64,000 nt of DNA, from IMG/VR virus record IMGVR_UViG_3300036818_000127, positions 1 to 64,000 of that record. One strand, written 5' to 3'. Position numbers and translations under genes: made by a program. The notes beneath the pieces are model-generated. The model saw nothing but the letters and a program-made list of their open reading frames with translations, made no database searches and was not told the origin of the DNA. The DNA comes from a virus. Every line of letters begins with the position of its first letter. Positions within the stretch are counted from its first letter, which is position 1. Positions 16,749 through 26,671 of the stretch are shown here, piece after piece.

Positions 16749-19460
16749 TTACCTATTCCTCACATTCGCAGCTCTAATAGCATTGGCAATATGAGGGCCA
16801 AGTTTCGATGTGACCTCTTTCCCGTCAATATAGATGTGGTTTTCGATAACCTGATTGCTACTGCTTCCAGATCCACCGGAGGCAATGGCAGCAAGGATCG
16901 CAGCAGAAGAGTTACTTTGACCTGAATAGGCTGGCGATCCTATCTTGAGGCTAGCTGATAGAGGAGCAGCAAGCTTGTTCATGGAAGCTTGGATTTTAGG
17001 AATACCTGCCTCTAGGCCAGCAGTATACATGTTCACAAAGTTTGGTGCCCACTTGTCCGCATCGCGCCCTGGCCCCTTTTCAGTTGGGGAATGAAAACCC
17101 AGGAATGCTGCTACCTGTGCAGCGCCTTTTGCTAAACTGGTACCGATGCCTGCGATCTTGCTCTCTATTCCTGAGATGAAACCAGCAATAACATTTGCTC
17201 CCCATGCTAGAGCTTGACTAGCAAGATTGCCGAACCATCCTGAGAAACTACTCCATAAGCCTGAAAGGGCTCCACTAAGACGGCCCCAGACACCCTGGAA
17301 TACCCCAACAACTCCATCCCATGCCCTTTGGGCCAGCCCTGAGATTGTCCCCCACAAAGCGCCGAGATTACTAACAGCCCCTTGCCATACCCCTCGTAGC
17401 CAGCCAATAAGTGGATTGATCACAGACATGACAACGCCACTTACAGCACCCCATGCAGTACTTGCAAGTCCTACCGCTCCGTTCCATAAACCTACGATAA
17501 AACTGATAGATGATTGCCATGCTATCCTCAAGGCATTTCCTGTAGCATTTGTTGCAATTGTTACAGCATTGCTTACAGCATTCCAGGCAGTACTTGCTAG
17601 CCCTACTGCTCCCTGCCATAACCCAACAAGCCATGAGATAAACCCTTGCCATGCTCCAGTCGCCCAGGTGAAGCATCCTTTGAAGAAATTGACTATTGAG
17701 TCTACTAAATCTTTAAAGTAGTAGTTATGGTTATATAGCCACAGGAAAAGTGCAACTATTGCTATGAATGGCGCAAATATCACAGCAAGAGCAAGAAGGG
17801 CACCTATCTTGATAATATTAACTATCACAACCCATGCAGCTTGCAGGAATGATATGATCCCATTCCATAATCCTGTGAAAAACCCCGTAACACCACCCCA
17901 AGCAGCTTTTAACCCTCCAATTATCCCATTCCACAATCCACTGAAAAATCCAGCAACTCCACTCCAAGCTACCTTTAGCCCTCCAATTATCCCATTCCAT
18001 AGACCTGCAAACCATGCTCCGACCCCGCCGAGCAAGCCCATAAACCATCCAGCGAAAGCATTCCAGACCCCTCGTAGCCAGTCAACGATTTGCCCCCAAT
18101 GCATTACTGCTAATATGATGCCTGCCACAACAAGAGCCACAATAGCCCCTATAGCAATGAAAGGAGCAGCAAATACAAGGAAGGGTAAAATGAAAGCCCA
18201 GGCAGCAATTGCCCCAGCAACGAGGGCGGCTACAAGTAGCCCTCCAACGGCCCCAGCTACAGCGATAATGACAGGTAGTAGGATATTCATCGCCATTTGA
18301 TTATGATTAAAGAAATTAACGATATTCGTTCCTACTCCGACTAAAAAGAGGAAAGCATTGGTAAGCTGTAGAACCACAGGCATCAGTGCTGTGCCTATTT
18401 TAATTCCCGTCACCTCTACAACTTCTTTTGCCTGAGACATCTTGAGATTGAAACTTTGCTGGGTCGTGCTCCACCCTTGCACTGCATTGCTGCCTGTATT
18501 CATAGATTTAGAGATAGAGTCTGAAGTTGATTTGAAAGAATCCATATTTTTCCCGCCGAGCATCAAGGCAGTCGTATATCCTGTTGCACCGCCCATGATG
18601 TTTTTGAATGCCTGGACAGACTCTACTGATCCTGCGGGAAACTTCTTACCAACATGATCCTCAATTAGCTGAAGCACACCAGTGAGGCCACCTGTGGACA
18701 TCGTGTCCTTGAGCTGCTGGGCGGAGAGCCCGACAGAAAGCATTGATTTTTCGGCAACTGCATTCGGAGCAGCAAGCGAACGGATAGTATTTGCCAGCCC
18801 TTGTGTCGCATCCTGTGCGCTCATACCTGCATTAGTCATCACAGAAACGGCTGCGCCAACTTGCGGGAAGGAAATACCTAGTGCGGAGGCAATAGGGAGG
18901 ACAGTACCCATTGAGCTTGCTAAATCCTGTAAGGTCATCTTGCCTGATGCTGCCGCCGCCATCATTCCATTCGTTGCTGATGCCGCCTGATCACTCTTCA
19001 TGTGGTAGTCAGTCATGATCGTAGTGAGCGTATTTGTCGTTAGTGCTAAATCTGCATTTCCTGTCTTTGCCGCCTTCGCTGCAACTCCAAGCACATTCAA
19101 TCCTTCAGCACCCCGAAACCCAGCAGACTCCACATCGAACATCCCATCAGTAAGTGCCTTGGTAGAGGTCCCTGTTTCTATGGCAAGACCGAGAATGCCA
19201 TCAGAAACAGTTTTCAGATTGCTATGGAGTTCGCCTGCTCCTGTTTCCAGTCCACTAATGCCTGCCTGAAAATCACCGCCCATCTTGACGGCCTGGGCTC
19301 CAGCAGAAACGGCTGCTGCACCTACAAGGAGCAACCCACCAGCAACGAGAGCACCACCAGATGAAACCTTTGCAAGGTTCGCCTGTGCAGCAGCAGTGCC
19401 AGCAGTAAGCCCTGTGATATTCGCGCCGAAGTTGACAACCATCGTGCCAAGGATGCCCAA
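16749..19460 (-). CDS. Tail tape measure protein
   Basis: TP901-like core plus W-spaced 11/22-aa repeats; follows the chaperones. Confidence 0.92.
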   Translation of the reverse strand: MGILGTMVVNFGANITGLTAGTAAAQANLAKVSSGGALVAGGLLLVGAAAVSAGAQAVKMGGDFQAGISGLETGAGELHSNLKTVSDGILGLAIETGTSTKALTDGMFDVESAGFRGAEGLNVLGVAAKAAKTGNADLALTTNTLTTIMTDYHMKSDQAASATNGMMAAAASGKMTLQDLASSMGTVLPIASALGISFPQVGAAVSVMTNAGMSAQDATQGLANTIRSLAAPNAVAEKSMLSVGLSAQQLKDTMSTGGLTGVLQLIEDHVGKKFPAGSVESVQAFKNIMGGATGYTTALMLGGKNMDSFKSTSDSISKSMNTGSNAVQGWSTTQQSFNLKMSQAKEVVEVTGIKIGTALMPVVLQLTNAFLFLVGVGTNIVNFFNHNQMAMNILLPVIIAVAGAVGGLLVAALVAGAIAAWAFILPFLVFAAPFIAIGAIVALVVAGIILAVMHWGQIVDWLRGVWNAFAGWFMGLLGGVGAWFAGLWNGIIGGLKVAWSGVAGFFSGLWNGIIGGLKAAWGGVTGFFTGLWNGIISFLQAAWVVIVNIIKIGALLALAVIFAPFIAIVALFLWLYNHNYYFKDLVDSIVNFFKGCFTWATGAWQGFISWLVGLWQGAVGLASTAWNAVSNAVTIATNATGNALRIAWQSSISFIVGLWNGAVGLASTAWGAVSGVVMSVINPLIGWLRGVWQGAVSNLGALWGTISGLAQRAWDGVVGVFQGVWGRLSGALSGLWSSFSGWFGNLASQALAWGANVIAGFISGIESKIAGIGTSLAKGAAQVAAFLGFHSPTEKGPGRDADKWAPNFVNMYTAGLEAGIPKIQASMNKLAAPLSASLKIGSPAYSGQSNSSAAILAAIASGGSGSSSNQVIENHIYIDGKEVTSKLGPHIANAIRAANVRNR

Positions 19461-19476
19461 ATGCTTTCTCTACTCC

Positions 19477-19642
19477 TTACTTGAATTTCCTTCTACTATT
19501 TCTAGATTTTTCTACAACTTTTTGGTTGTAGAGTCCCGCAAGGGGCCATACACCCAAGAGAGGATAGATTACCCTACTTGACCATAAAACTACCAGAATG
19601 GCACTACAGGCCCATCTGAAGCATATGCTGGAATTGCCCGTT
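19477..19642 (-). repeat. Dispersed ~166-nt element, copy B
   Basis: Homologous to 3281-3446; ends at the tape measure RBS. Confidence 0.9.
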
Positions 19643-19682
19643 TCTATACCCTTTCTTTGCTTAAAACAAGGTCAATTGTTCT

Positions 19683-19726
19683 AAAAAAAGAGGCGTTTCC
19701 TCCAGAACTACCTAGAGGAAACGCCT
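19683..19726 (-). terminator. Intrinsic terminator preceded by a conserved 16-nt box (19743-19758)
   Basis: AGGCGTTTCCTC/GAGGAAACGCCT stem plus T7. Confidence 0.75.
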
Positions 19727-19758
19727 GATACTTTTCAGTATGGTCTAAGCGTTATGTA

Positions 19759-20306
19759 CTATCCCTTAGCTTTTTCAATGGCATTTTTCTCATCCTCATC
19801 CACGATTGAGTAGAATGCCATCCACTCATTGAATGTACTATTGCTGATCTCTTTCAGCATTTTGTCAGGGTCTACTCTTTTGAGGTCTCGGGCGAGTCGG
19901 AAAGTGAACCGTCGACGATCATCGGATCGAAGTCTTTTTTTTCCGCGTCAAGCTGTACATTCAAGCCTGAGAGCTTGATAGACTGCTGCGCTATTGCTAC
20001 GAACGGGGCCACGTTTGTCTTGAGTAGCGGCTTCATAAAGGACGTATTCCAGACCAGTGACTTGTGTGGATCGTCTGCATTCCTGACTGTAGCGGCCAGC
20101 ATCATGAACATGAGCTTCTTCTGATCTGTCGTTCCATCTTTGCGCGTGCAAGTATCCAGAATGTCACCAGCATTGTCAGCAGAGAGAGATCGGATGATCA
20201 GGTTGACCTTCTTGCCTTTTAATTTCTTGGGCAAGCTCTCTTCTGGGATTGGGACCTCTTCCAGTTCGTCATCAAGCCATAGCATTCTGATTTGATCATT
20301 GTCCAT
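19759..20306 (-). CDS. Tail assembly chaperone G (19872..20306) with -1 frameshifted GT extension to 19759
   Basis: Slippery GAA AAA AAA GAC at 19932-19943; the -1 frame reads RRFTFRLARDLKRVDPDKMLKEISNSTFNEWMAFY...TAG. Confidence 0.85.
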
Positions 20307-20329
20307 ATATGTTCTCTCTTTTCTCTCTT

Positions 20330-20974
20330 CTAAGAAGGAATGTAGTAGAGTGGCCCATCTGATGTAAAATCTAAATCCTCACTAGTAAGATCTTTTACAG
20401 CAATCTTAATACTCTCGCTCTTCATAAAGGCAAAGCATTCAAGTCGCTGGTTAGCATTCTGCCCATCATAGACAGCAATCACAGCCCTATTGCTAAGATA
20501 GGGGAATAGCGTGATGTCGAGATACCACTTTGCTAGGGTGATATCAGCATCTGCAAGTGTTGCAACCTTTGTTTTCCAGGCAGTTGGTGGGTTGGTAAAG
20601 ACTGTTGCATCCATGACATCAACTGCTGCCTTCACGTCTACAGACTTAGCATCCCCTAGAAAGGAGAGGGCAAAGTATTTACCTGATGAGATCCGACAGC
20701 TTGGCGTGGCTCCAGTGACGATAGAGGGGAATGTGATCTTTCCATTGACATACTGCACGGTATAGGTCCCTACTGTTGCTGTAGTCCAGGTGGAACCATC
20801 CGGCGCAGTCTGCACGACTAATGCGGAGGCAGGGTCCCAATATCGCTTTGGATCATTGACAGGCACAGTAAAGACTTTGTGCGTCCCATCATCTACAAGG
20901 TTCAGATTTGTAAAACTTGTAGATGTCGTTGGAGTGAGCCATATGCCTGCAAGGTAGCCAGGAAGTGGAGCCAT
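20330..20974 (-). CDS. Tail tube paralog with an inserted domain
   Basis: MAPLPGYLAG start and KSVDVK..D.T..WK block align with 20992..21405. Confidence 0.65.
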   Translation of the reverse strand: MAPLPGYLAGIWLTPTTSTSFTNLNLVDDGTHKVFTVPVNDPKRYWDPASALVVQTAPDGSTWTTATVGTYTVQYVNGKITFPSIVTGATPSCRISSGKYFALSFLGDAKSVDVKAAVDVMDATVFTNPPTAWKTKVATLADADITLAKWYLDITLFPYLSNRAVIAVYDGQNANQRLECFAFMKSESIKIAVKDLTSEDLDFTSDGPLYYIPS

Positions 20975-20991
20975 CTCGTGCTTTCCTCTCC

Positions 20992-21405
20992 TTATAGAAC
21001 CCCAGCGACAATTGCGCCAGTTCCCTCACCATCAAAGGCAATGGTCTGCTCGCTCTTCACGTCAAATTTCATGGTATCGGATTTTAGGATGATGCTCCCT
21101 GTGTACTTTGGCTTCCCTGTACCCAGACCAAGCGGCGCAACTAACCATGCAACAGTTGTACCTGGAGTTGTGATAATGGCATTCTGAAGCACTGTTTGTT
21201 CCGCATCGGTCATGTCCATATTGCCTGAGAAGCTAATTGTGTAATCTGATAGGGCTCCCATCTTCTTCTTCCATTGCCCATCCGCAAGAGCCGTGATATC
21301 AATGATGTCCGTCCCGATCTTGAGATCTACACTCTTAATCCCTGTGATCGTTGTCGGCGTTGGCCCGATTTGCAGGATTGCTATATATCCAGGCTGTGCA
21401 GTCAC
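20992..21405 (-). CDS. Major tail tube protein
   Basis: DIIDITAL..WKKKMGALSDYTISFSG and FDGEGTG motifs. Confidence 0.8.
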   Translation of the reverse strand: MTAQPGYIAILQIGPTPTTITGIKSVDLKIGTDIIDITALADGQWKKKMGALSDYTISFSGNMDMTDAEQTVLQNAIITTPGTTVAWLVAPLGLGTGKPKYTGSIILKSDTMKFDVKSEQTIAFDGEGTGAIVAGVL

Positions 21406-21410
21406 GTGCG

Positions 21411-21833
21411 TTACTCCTCGCTATAGAACATATATCGAATAGGCGCATGAAGTGTCAGCCCGTCCGGTTGTGGTAAGTACATGCTCTGATCGTATCGTGT
21501 CGATACGTGAGCCTGTGTCGATAGATTTAAATGTACTTGATCTAGCAATTGATTAATACGGGATACAATAGCTTGCACTTTTTTCGTACTAAATGCCCTA
21601 CTCCATACGTGTACTGTAAAAGAATTATCATAGCCTCTTCTGCCTAGCGTATTATTTGGTCTTTCTAATGTATCCCCAATTGTGATGTAGTCAAACGGCT
21701 GGTTATCTTCGACTCCGCGAACATCGAAAACACCTACAATCCCTAGGCTGGAAAGAACTGTATCAGTTACCCCAGCGGGAGCAAGGATATCTCCAACTGC
21801 CTTTTCAATTTCACCTGCCGCTGTCTGTGTCAT
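21411..21833 (-). CDS. Tail terminator (DUF3168-like)
   Basis: PFDYITIGD..VHVWSR motif; synteny. Confidence 0.8.
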   Translation of the reverse strand: MTQTAAGEIEKAVGDILAPAGVTDTVLSSLGIVGVFDVRGVEDNQPFDYITIGDTLERPNNTLGRRGYDNSFTVHVWSRAFSTKKVQAIVSRINQLLDQVHLNLSTQAHVSTRYDQSMYLPQPDGLTLHAPIRYMFYSEE

Positions 21834-22219
21834 GGAAGGATGTCCTCTAGTTTCCCCTCTAACTCACTTGCTCCTAGTAAAAAGCTAGGATACAAATAAG
21901 GCTGAGCAGCTACATGGTTTCCCGCCCTACTCATATGGCCCAGCTCAGTAAACATCGAATACCCGATTTCTTCACTATCATCACCGAATGTCACACTATA
22001 CCCATTTTCTATCTTCTCAACTCTTCCTGTATCCTTGAGGTGAGGCTCACTACCTTTGTGGTTAGGATCATATGGAGCTGCTGCTGTAGCATCGGAAAGG
22101 GTACTGTTCGCCACCTCTTCAAAAACAGGCATTGCGGCAGCCATTGCTTTAACAGGAACCTGAGCCACTGCGAACATGACCTCGGGTCCACCTGTAATTG
22201 TGATGGTTTCATCTGCCAT
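21830..22219 (-). CDS. HK97 gp10-like neck protein
   Basis: YSMFTELG...AQPYLYPS motif. Confidence 0.8.
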   Translation of the reverse strand: MADETITITGGPEVMFAVAQVPVKAMAAAMPVFEEVANSTLSDATAAAPYDPNHKGSEPHLKDTGRVEKIENGYSVTFGDDSEEIGYSMFTELGHMSRAGNHVAAQPYLYPSFLLGASELEGKLEDILP

Positions 22220-22234
22220 AGCTTGTTTCCCCCT

Positions 22235-22621
22235 TTAATGTAGTGAACCTTGAGATTGGATCTCCTCACATTGCAACATGATGACTGTTTGCCGTTCTTT
22301 AGGGACAAAAACTGAACGAATATTAAATGTCTTTTTCCCATAGACAACGATCATCTTGTCATGAATATTCAATGAAGGACGATACCGTATCTTAAAGAGC
22401 ACAAAGGTTGTTACATACACCTGCTGTGCTACCCATGACTCATCCCCTCTTCGCGGCACTGCTGAATAGGTCATTGCTGCTGGTACTGACCTGCATCCTG
22501 GAACAGTAGCATAGGTACGTGTAAATCCCCGTTGACCATCCGGTGTATCTACTGGCTTGCGCAATTCAATGCGTCTATTCAGCTCTCCAGATTTGATAAT
22601 AGAAGGATCATTTACGGGCAC
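22235..22621 (-). CDS. Head closure / head-tail adaptor
   Basis: GELNRRIEL, FKIRYR and FNIRSV motifs. Confidence 0.85.
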   Translation of the reverse strand: MPVNDPSIIKSGELNRRIELRKPVDTPDGQRGFTRTYATVPGCRSVPAAMTYSAVPRRGDESWVAQQVYVTTFVLFKIRYRPSLNIHDKMIVVYGKKTFNIRSVFVPKERQTVIMLQCEEIQSQGSLH

Positions 22622-22624
22622 AGT

Positions 22625-23293
22625 TCACAGCTCCCATATCCTATACCTAGCAATACCGTCAATAAGGGTTTGTGGCACTTCAGCCTCTTCGCGGTTATTA
22701 AACCAGTAGCCTACGAGCCGCTTGATCAAGGTATTCAAGTTTCCAGGAAGCATTCCTGAGTAGCCTGTTGTATAGGTGAAGCGGAACCTCGTGGCCGCAA
22801 GCGGTGCCCGAACATAGATCGTGCTCGGATCAGTCTCGACATCGAGCCGATAGTTCGCGGCCCCATTGTCATTAGCTGGATCTAACATTGTCCAGATTGT
22901 TGATGTCTCCCCTCCGTCATCATCAAAGGGTGTGAGCTGGTATTCCACAACTGACATTGCTATAGCTGGCGACATCGGCAACTTGAACGACGGGCCATAG
23001 AAACCGTAGGGGATTGCCGTTACCCTTTCCGCCAAGACCCATGGATCTGTCGGGTGATCAACTGGCCCGCTGAGCGATCCTTCTGCTATAGCATCTGGTC
23101 TGATAATGGCCCGAACTGTTTGAAGTGCTAATGATCGGTTCGTGATCTTCTCTGCTTCTTTTCGGGCATCAACGATCAATTCAGCAATGACATCATCCTC
23201 ATCATCATAGTCAACGCGCAGGTACTTCTTTGCATCTGATAATGCTAAAGGTTCAATACTTGGCAGTGCGAGCACGGTGTATGAGGTAGTCAT
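22625..23293 (-). CDS. Head-tail connector (gp6-like)
   Basis: EPLALSDAKKYLRVD..DED and YWFNNRE motifs. Confidence 0.85.
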   Translation of the reverse strand: MTTSYTVLALPSIEPLALSDAKKYLRVDYDDEDDVIAELIVDARKEAEKITNRSLALQTVRAIIRPDAIAEGSLSGPVDHPTDPWVLAERVTAIPYGFYGPSFKLPMSPAIAMSVVEYQLTPFDDDGGETSTIWTMLDPANDNGAANYRLDVETDPSTIYVRAPLAATRFRFTYTTGYSGMLPGNLNTLIKRLVGYWFNNREEAEVPQTLIDGIARYRIWEL

Positions 23294-23304
23294 TGAAACC
23301 TTTC

Positions 23305-23610
23305 CTAAGCTATCCGGTGATAGCTTCCTGGAGACTTCTCATGCTCATCATGCTCAACTGATGTTCGCCACATGATGCCAGACCCGCCTGGATGAGCTGT
23401 AATATAGTCGTTCATGCTGTCTGTAAAGACCTGGAGGTTCACGTATGAATCTGGCTGGTCTCCCCAAACCTTGACAATGACTGCTGGCCGGATTTCTCCT
23501 GGATAGGAACCATCAGGCAGGACATAGAGCACCATATCCCCAACCTTCGGGACAGCACCAGTAGCAGATTTAGCAGCAGCATCCTTTTTAGCTGTTTGTT
23601 CTGTAGCCAT
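23305..23610 (-). CDS. Conserved hypothetical phage protein
   Basis: PKVGDMVLY..RPAVIVKVW..VNLQVF (SH3-like). Confidence 0.7.
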   Translation of the reverse strand: MATEQTAKKDAAAKSATGAVPKVGDMVLYVLPDGSYPGEIRPAVIVKVWGDQPDSYVNLQVFTDSMNDYITAHPGGSGIMWRTSVEHDEHEKSPGSYHRIA

Positions 23611-23625
23611 AACTCTCTATCTTTC

Positions 23626-23656
23626 AGCGGTGCCTCTTAGTTAGGGAGGCACCGCT
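23626..23656. terminator. Hairpin after the capsid genes
   Basis: AGCGGTGCCTC/GAGGCACCGCT stem; weak U tract. Confidence 0.45.
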
Positions 23657-23678
23657 ATAGTTTCTCTACTACACTAGC

Positions 23679-24095
23679 CTAGTTCGGGCTACCTGTCGGC
23701 AGGTTATGACCACTACCAACGATCCACAAGAAGCCATAGATAGCACCAGTTGTTGCACCGGATACAGTATCTACCGCCCTCACGTATCTTTGATAGCCTA
23801 GGTATCCAACCTTCTGTACTGCATTCTGCTGGCCTGCACTAGTGATAGCCGTGAAGCTACCTTGCAGGTATGGCGCTGCGACATCTGTCCATACAGAGTT
23901 ATCGGGGCTGTCCTGGAGCTTAAAGGTATGACTCCCATCAGTCCATGCGCCAACGACAAGCACACCAACAAGTGCATCGCTACCGCCTTCATAAAGCGTT
24001 CGGTCGATACCAGTTGAGTTCGTTGTGGCCGTTTTTGCAGCAGGATTGAGATCAGGCACCACGCCGATCCTGTTGTAGAGATCAGTTACTCCCAT
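23679..24095 (-). CDS. Capsid decoration-like protein
   Basis: Directly after the capsid gene; LQDSPDNSVWTDV and RYVRAV beta fold. Confidence 0.65.
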   Translation of the reverse strand: MGVTDLYNRIGVVPDLNPAAKTATTNSTGIDRTLYEGGSDALVGVLVVGAWTDGSHTFKLQDSPDNSVWTDVAAPYLQGSFTAITSAGQQNAVQKVGYLGYQRYVRAVDTVSGATTGAIYGFLWIVGSGHNLPTGSPN

Positions 24096-24116
24096 TGATT
24101 TTTCCTCCTTTCCTGC

Positions 24117-25400
24117 TTATGCATGAACCTTTAGCAATTTTATACACTCTGCAAGTTTCACTGTTCCACCAAACCTGTAATACCCGATGTACCCGACCGC
24201 ATTCTGGTCTGCATATCGTTCCTGTAGAACCTGAATGCTTATCTGCTTCCTAATAACAATCTGGTACCCTCTCTTGAAGTTCCCGAAAGCAATAGCGAAG
24301 GCATTGGCCGCGATCTGGGGCATGTCTGGTGCGATAGCAATCGGATAACCGAAGATCATGTCACTTGGAAGTGCTGTACCGAATGGGACCCACAGAGGTC
24401 GGCCCTGACTATCGGTTAACTGCTGGACAGCCCCGAGGGTCTCGTTTGCCATGACAAAGATGGACCCTGGAAGGTATCCAGGCTTCATTGTGCGAATAAG
24501 CTTGACGAGAGATGCATAGTCAAGCAAGAGGGAAGCAGCGGTCGTGGTAATCTGGACCAAACCGGAACCAGTCGCTGAGGCATTGGTTACAGCAGAATCA
24601 TTCAGAAAGCCAAGAGCCTGACCCGCAGGATTGCCGAGCCCATTGATGTATTCAGCACCTTGAAGCTTTGCAAATTGCTCAGCAAATTCATCCATGATGA
24701 ACTGGCCGAGATCAAGACTTGCATCGTCAAGATCTGTTCTGGAGATGAGGGCAAGGGCAGCAGCTTCATAGGGAAAGACCTGCACGAGACCGAACTTTGG
24801 ATTCTGGCCCTCAGTACGGGTTGCCTGCTCTGAGATCCTATAGGCACTTGCTGTCTGTGTCCTCTTCGGTATCATGATATAGGGAGCAGTTGTCTCACGA
24901 ACATCACAATATTGTTGAAGATTTGAGATCAAAACGATAGCCTTGATCAAAGAATCCACGTATTCTGGCACAGTTAGGAAGCCACCTGTTGTACCGTCCG
25001 CTGCATATAATGTCTTCTGCTCTAGTCCCCCGCTAGAAATGCCCATCTCGCCATCCCACTTCACATACTTCCGCTCTTCTTCATTGAGCCTTGCAGGACT
25101 CCCTAGACGGAGGGCTTTATTGAAGGCGTCCTTGCGCTTCTGGGAGATGTCTTGTTCCTGATCAGAAACCTTCGGCTGATTAAGCTTGGTAAGTAGACCA
25201 TCAATATGTTCCTTCTGTTCCCTTAATGCCTCTTGCATCTTTTCGATAGTCTGCTTTGTTTCACCTGGAAGGTCAGGATTTTCCTTGATAGCCTTGACTT
25301 CAGTACGTATCTCTCCAAGATTGTCGTCGAGATACTTCGTAAATTGATGGAATGTGCTGTTCTGCTCATTGGCAGCATCCCTTAATGCTGTAGTACTCAC
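24117..25400 (-). CDS. Major capsid protein, HK97 fold
   Basis: Coiled-coil delta domain, GGFLTVPE, D.QGRPLW and FGNFKRGY motifs. Confidence 0.95.
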   Translation of the reverse strand: MSTTALRDAANEQNSTFHQFTKYLDDNLGEIRTEVKAIKENPDLPGETKQTIEKMQEALREQKEHIDGLLTKLNQPKVSDQEQDISQKRKDAFNKALRLGSPARLNEEERKYVKWDGEMGISSGGLEQKTLYAADGTTGGFLTVPEYVDSLIKAIVLISNLQQYCDVRETTAPYIMIPKRTQTASAYRISEQATRTEGQNPKFGLVQVFPYEAAALALISRTDLDDASLDLGQFIMDEFAEQFAKLQGAEYINGLGNPAGQALGFLNDSAVTNASATGSGLVQITTTAASLLLDYASLVKLIRTMKPGYLPGSIFVMANETLGAVQQLTDSQGRPLWVPFGTALPSDMIFGYPIAIAPDMPQIAANAFAIAFGNFKRGYQIVIRKQISIQVLQERYADQNAVGYIGYYRFGGTVKLAECIKLLKVHA

Positions 25401-26671
25401 GATCCTTTATTTTCCTTTGAACTAACTTTTGCTTCTAACCACGCTTGTAACTGTGCAAGATCGTAGTTCGCAGTGGAGTGTTGTTCATCCGGCTGCTGGT
25501 TCGTGAGTGCTACTTTGTCCGCTGGCGGCTCACTATTGCTCTTGCCTGATCGTGCTGCATCATCCTCTTCTGACTCATCGGCATTCGTCCCGTAGGCGGG
25601 TCGGCCAATGACCACGGAAAGATCATCTGCAACATTGTTGATAGCTTTAATGGCGAGCCTGTGGTCCTTGATCATGGACTTGTGCTGATCTGCCAATTTG
25701 TCTAAAGCGTCGATGTGTCCGCTAAGCTGGTCAGCGGTACCCTTTGCAATCTTTGCGCCTTTTTTGCGCTCTTGCTGGAGTTGGTCAATGTAGTATTTAA
25801 AATCTGGCATGTCTGACCTGCTCATGTAGGAATAGCCATAGCTCGATGTCCCAGAGGACTGCATTTGAGCGGCGAGATATTCAGAGAGGTCAGCGTCAAC
25901 GCCGCGCTGTACCCATGCGATTAGTGCTGGCCCGAACTGATCAAGAGCTATCTGTGCATCCTTGAGCGGCTCATCCCCTTGTGTGAAGGCATCGATGAGT
26001 GCATATTTGAGGCTGCAAGCTAGGTCATACCAATCCTCCAGAACGTCGCGTGCCATTGCTTCCGCATAACGAGAGTCAAAATCCTTCTCTTCATTATCAT
26101 TGGATTTTACTTGTGTAATTTGGGCGAGATCATTTGAAGCGAATAATTCAGTTATAACCGAACCTTCAAACAACTGTATTTCTGTTAAATCCCGTATACC
26201 CTCACTGTCATATGATTTCTGTATTGCCTTATACCCGATGCTGAGTTCCGTGTTATATCCCATCTTCAATCCTGAGAAGACAGACATAGCCAATGGGTTG
26301 AGAGGGATACCTTGTGCATTCGTCGTGATGTCTACCTGCGCCGTGACAAGTAGCCCAACCTTGTCCTCTGTAGCATCAATGAAACCGCCAATAGGTTTGT
26401 CAGGTTCGTGGTACCAAAGGAGCGGCCATAGAAACTTTTTACCTTTGTTGGACTTTCTTTGTAGTCCTTCTGAAATAGTCTTCTTAAATGCACCAGGACG
26501 TACCCTGTCCTTCTGCCCGTCAACGTTATTGAAGACTGACAAATATCCTTTGATAATGCCTTGATCTTCATCAATAACTTTCCACTGCAAATCAATGTCT
26601 GGGTACGCATCATATCCTATATTCTTTTGTTCTAGCTTCAATGGAGCTAACACCGTAGTTTTAGGTGGCAT
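25397..26671 (-). CDS. HK97-family prohead protease with long C-terminal extension
   Basis: GYLSVFNNVD..DRVRPGAF, LWYH, LSIGY and LFEGS motifs. Confidence 0.9.
   Translation of the reverse strand: MPPKTTVLAPLKLEQKNIGYDAYPDIDLQWKVIDEDQGIIKGYLSVFNNVDGQKDRVRPGAFKKTISEGLQRKSNKGKKFLWPLLWYHEPDKPIGGFIDATEDKVGLLVTAQVDITTNAQGIPLNPLAMSVFSGLKMGYNTELSIGYKAIQKSYDSEGIRDLTEIQLFEGSVITELFASNDLAQITQVKSNDNEEKDFDSRYAEAMARDVLEDWYDLACSLKYALIDAFTQGDEPLKDAQIALDQFGPALIAWVQRGVDADLSEYLAAQMQSSGTSSYGYSYMSRSDMPDFKYYIDQLQQERKKGAKIAKGTADQLSGHIDALDKLADQHKSMIKDHRLAIKAINNVADDLSVVIGRPAYGTNADESEEDDAARSGKSNSEPPADKVALTNQQPDEQHSTANYDLAQLQAWLEAKVSSKENKGS

Noticed and set aside
17227-19581. Long plus-strand ORFs opposite the tape measure gene (and similar antisense ORFs elsewhere)
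   Set aside because: Antisense shadows of repetitive coding sequence.
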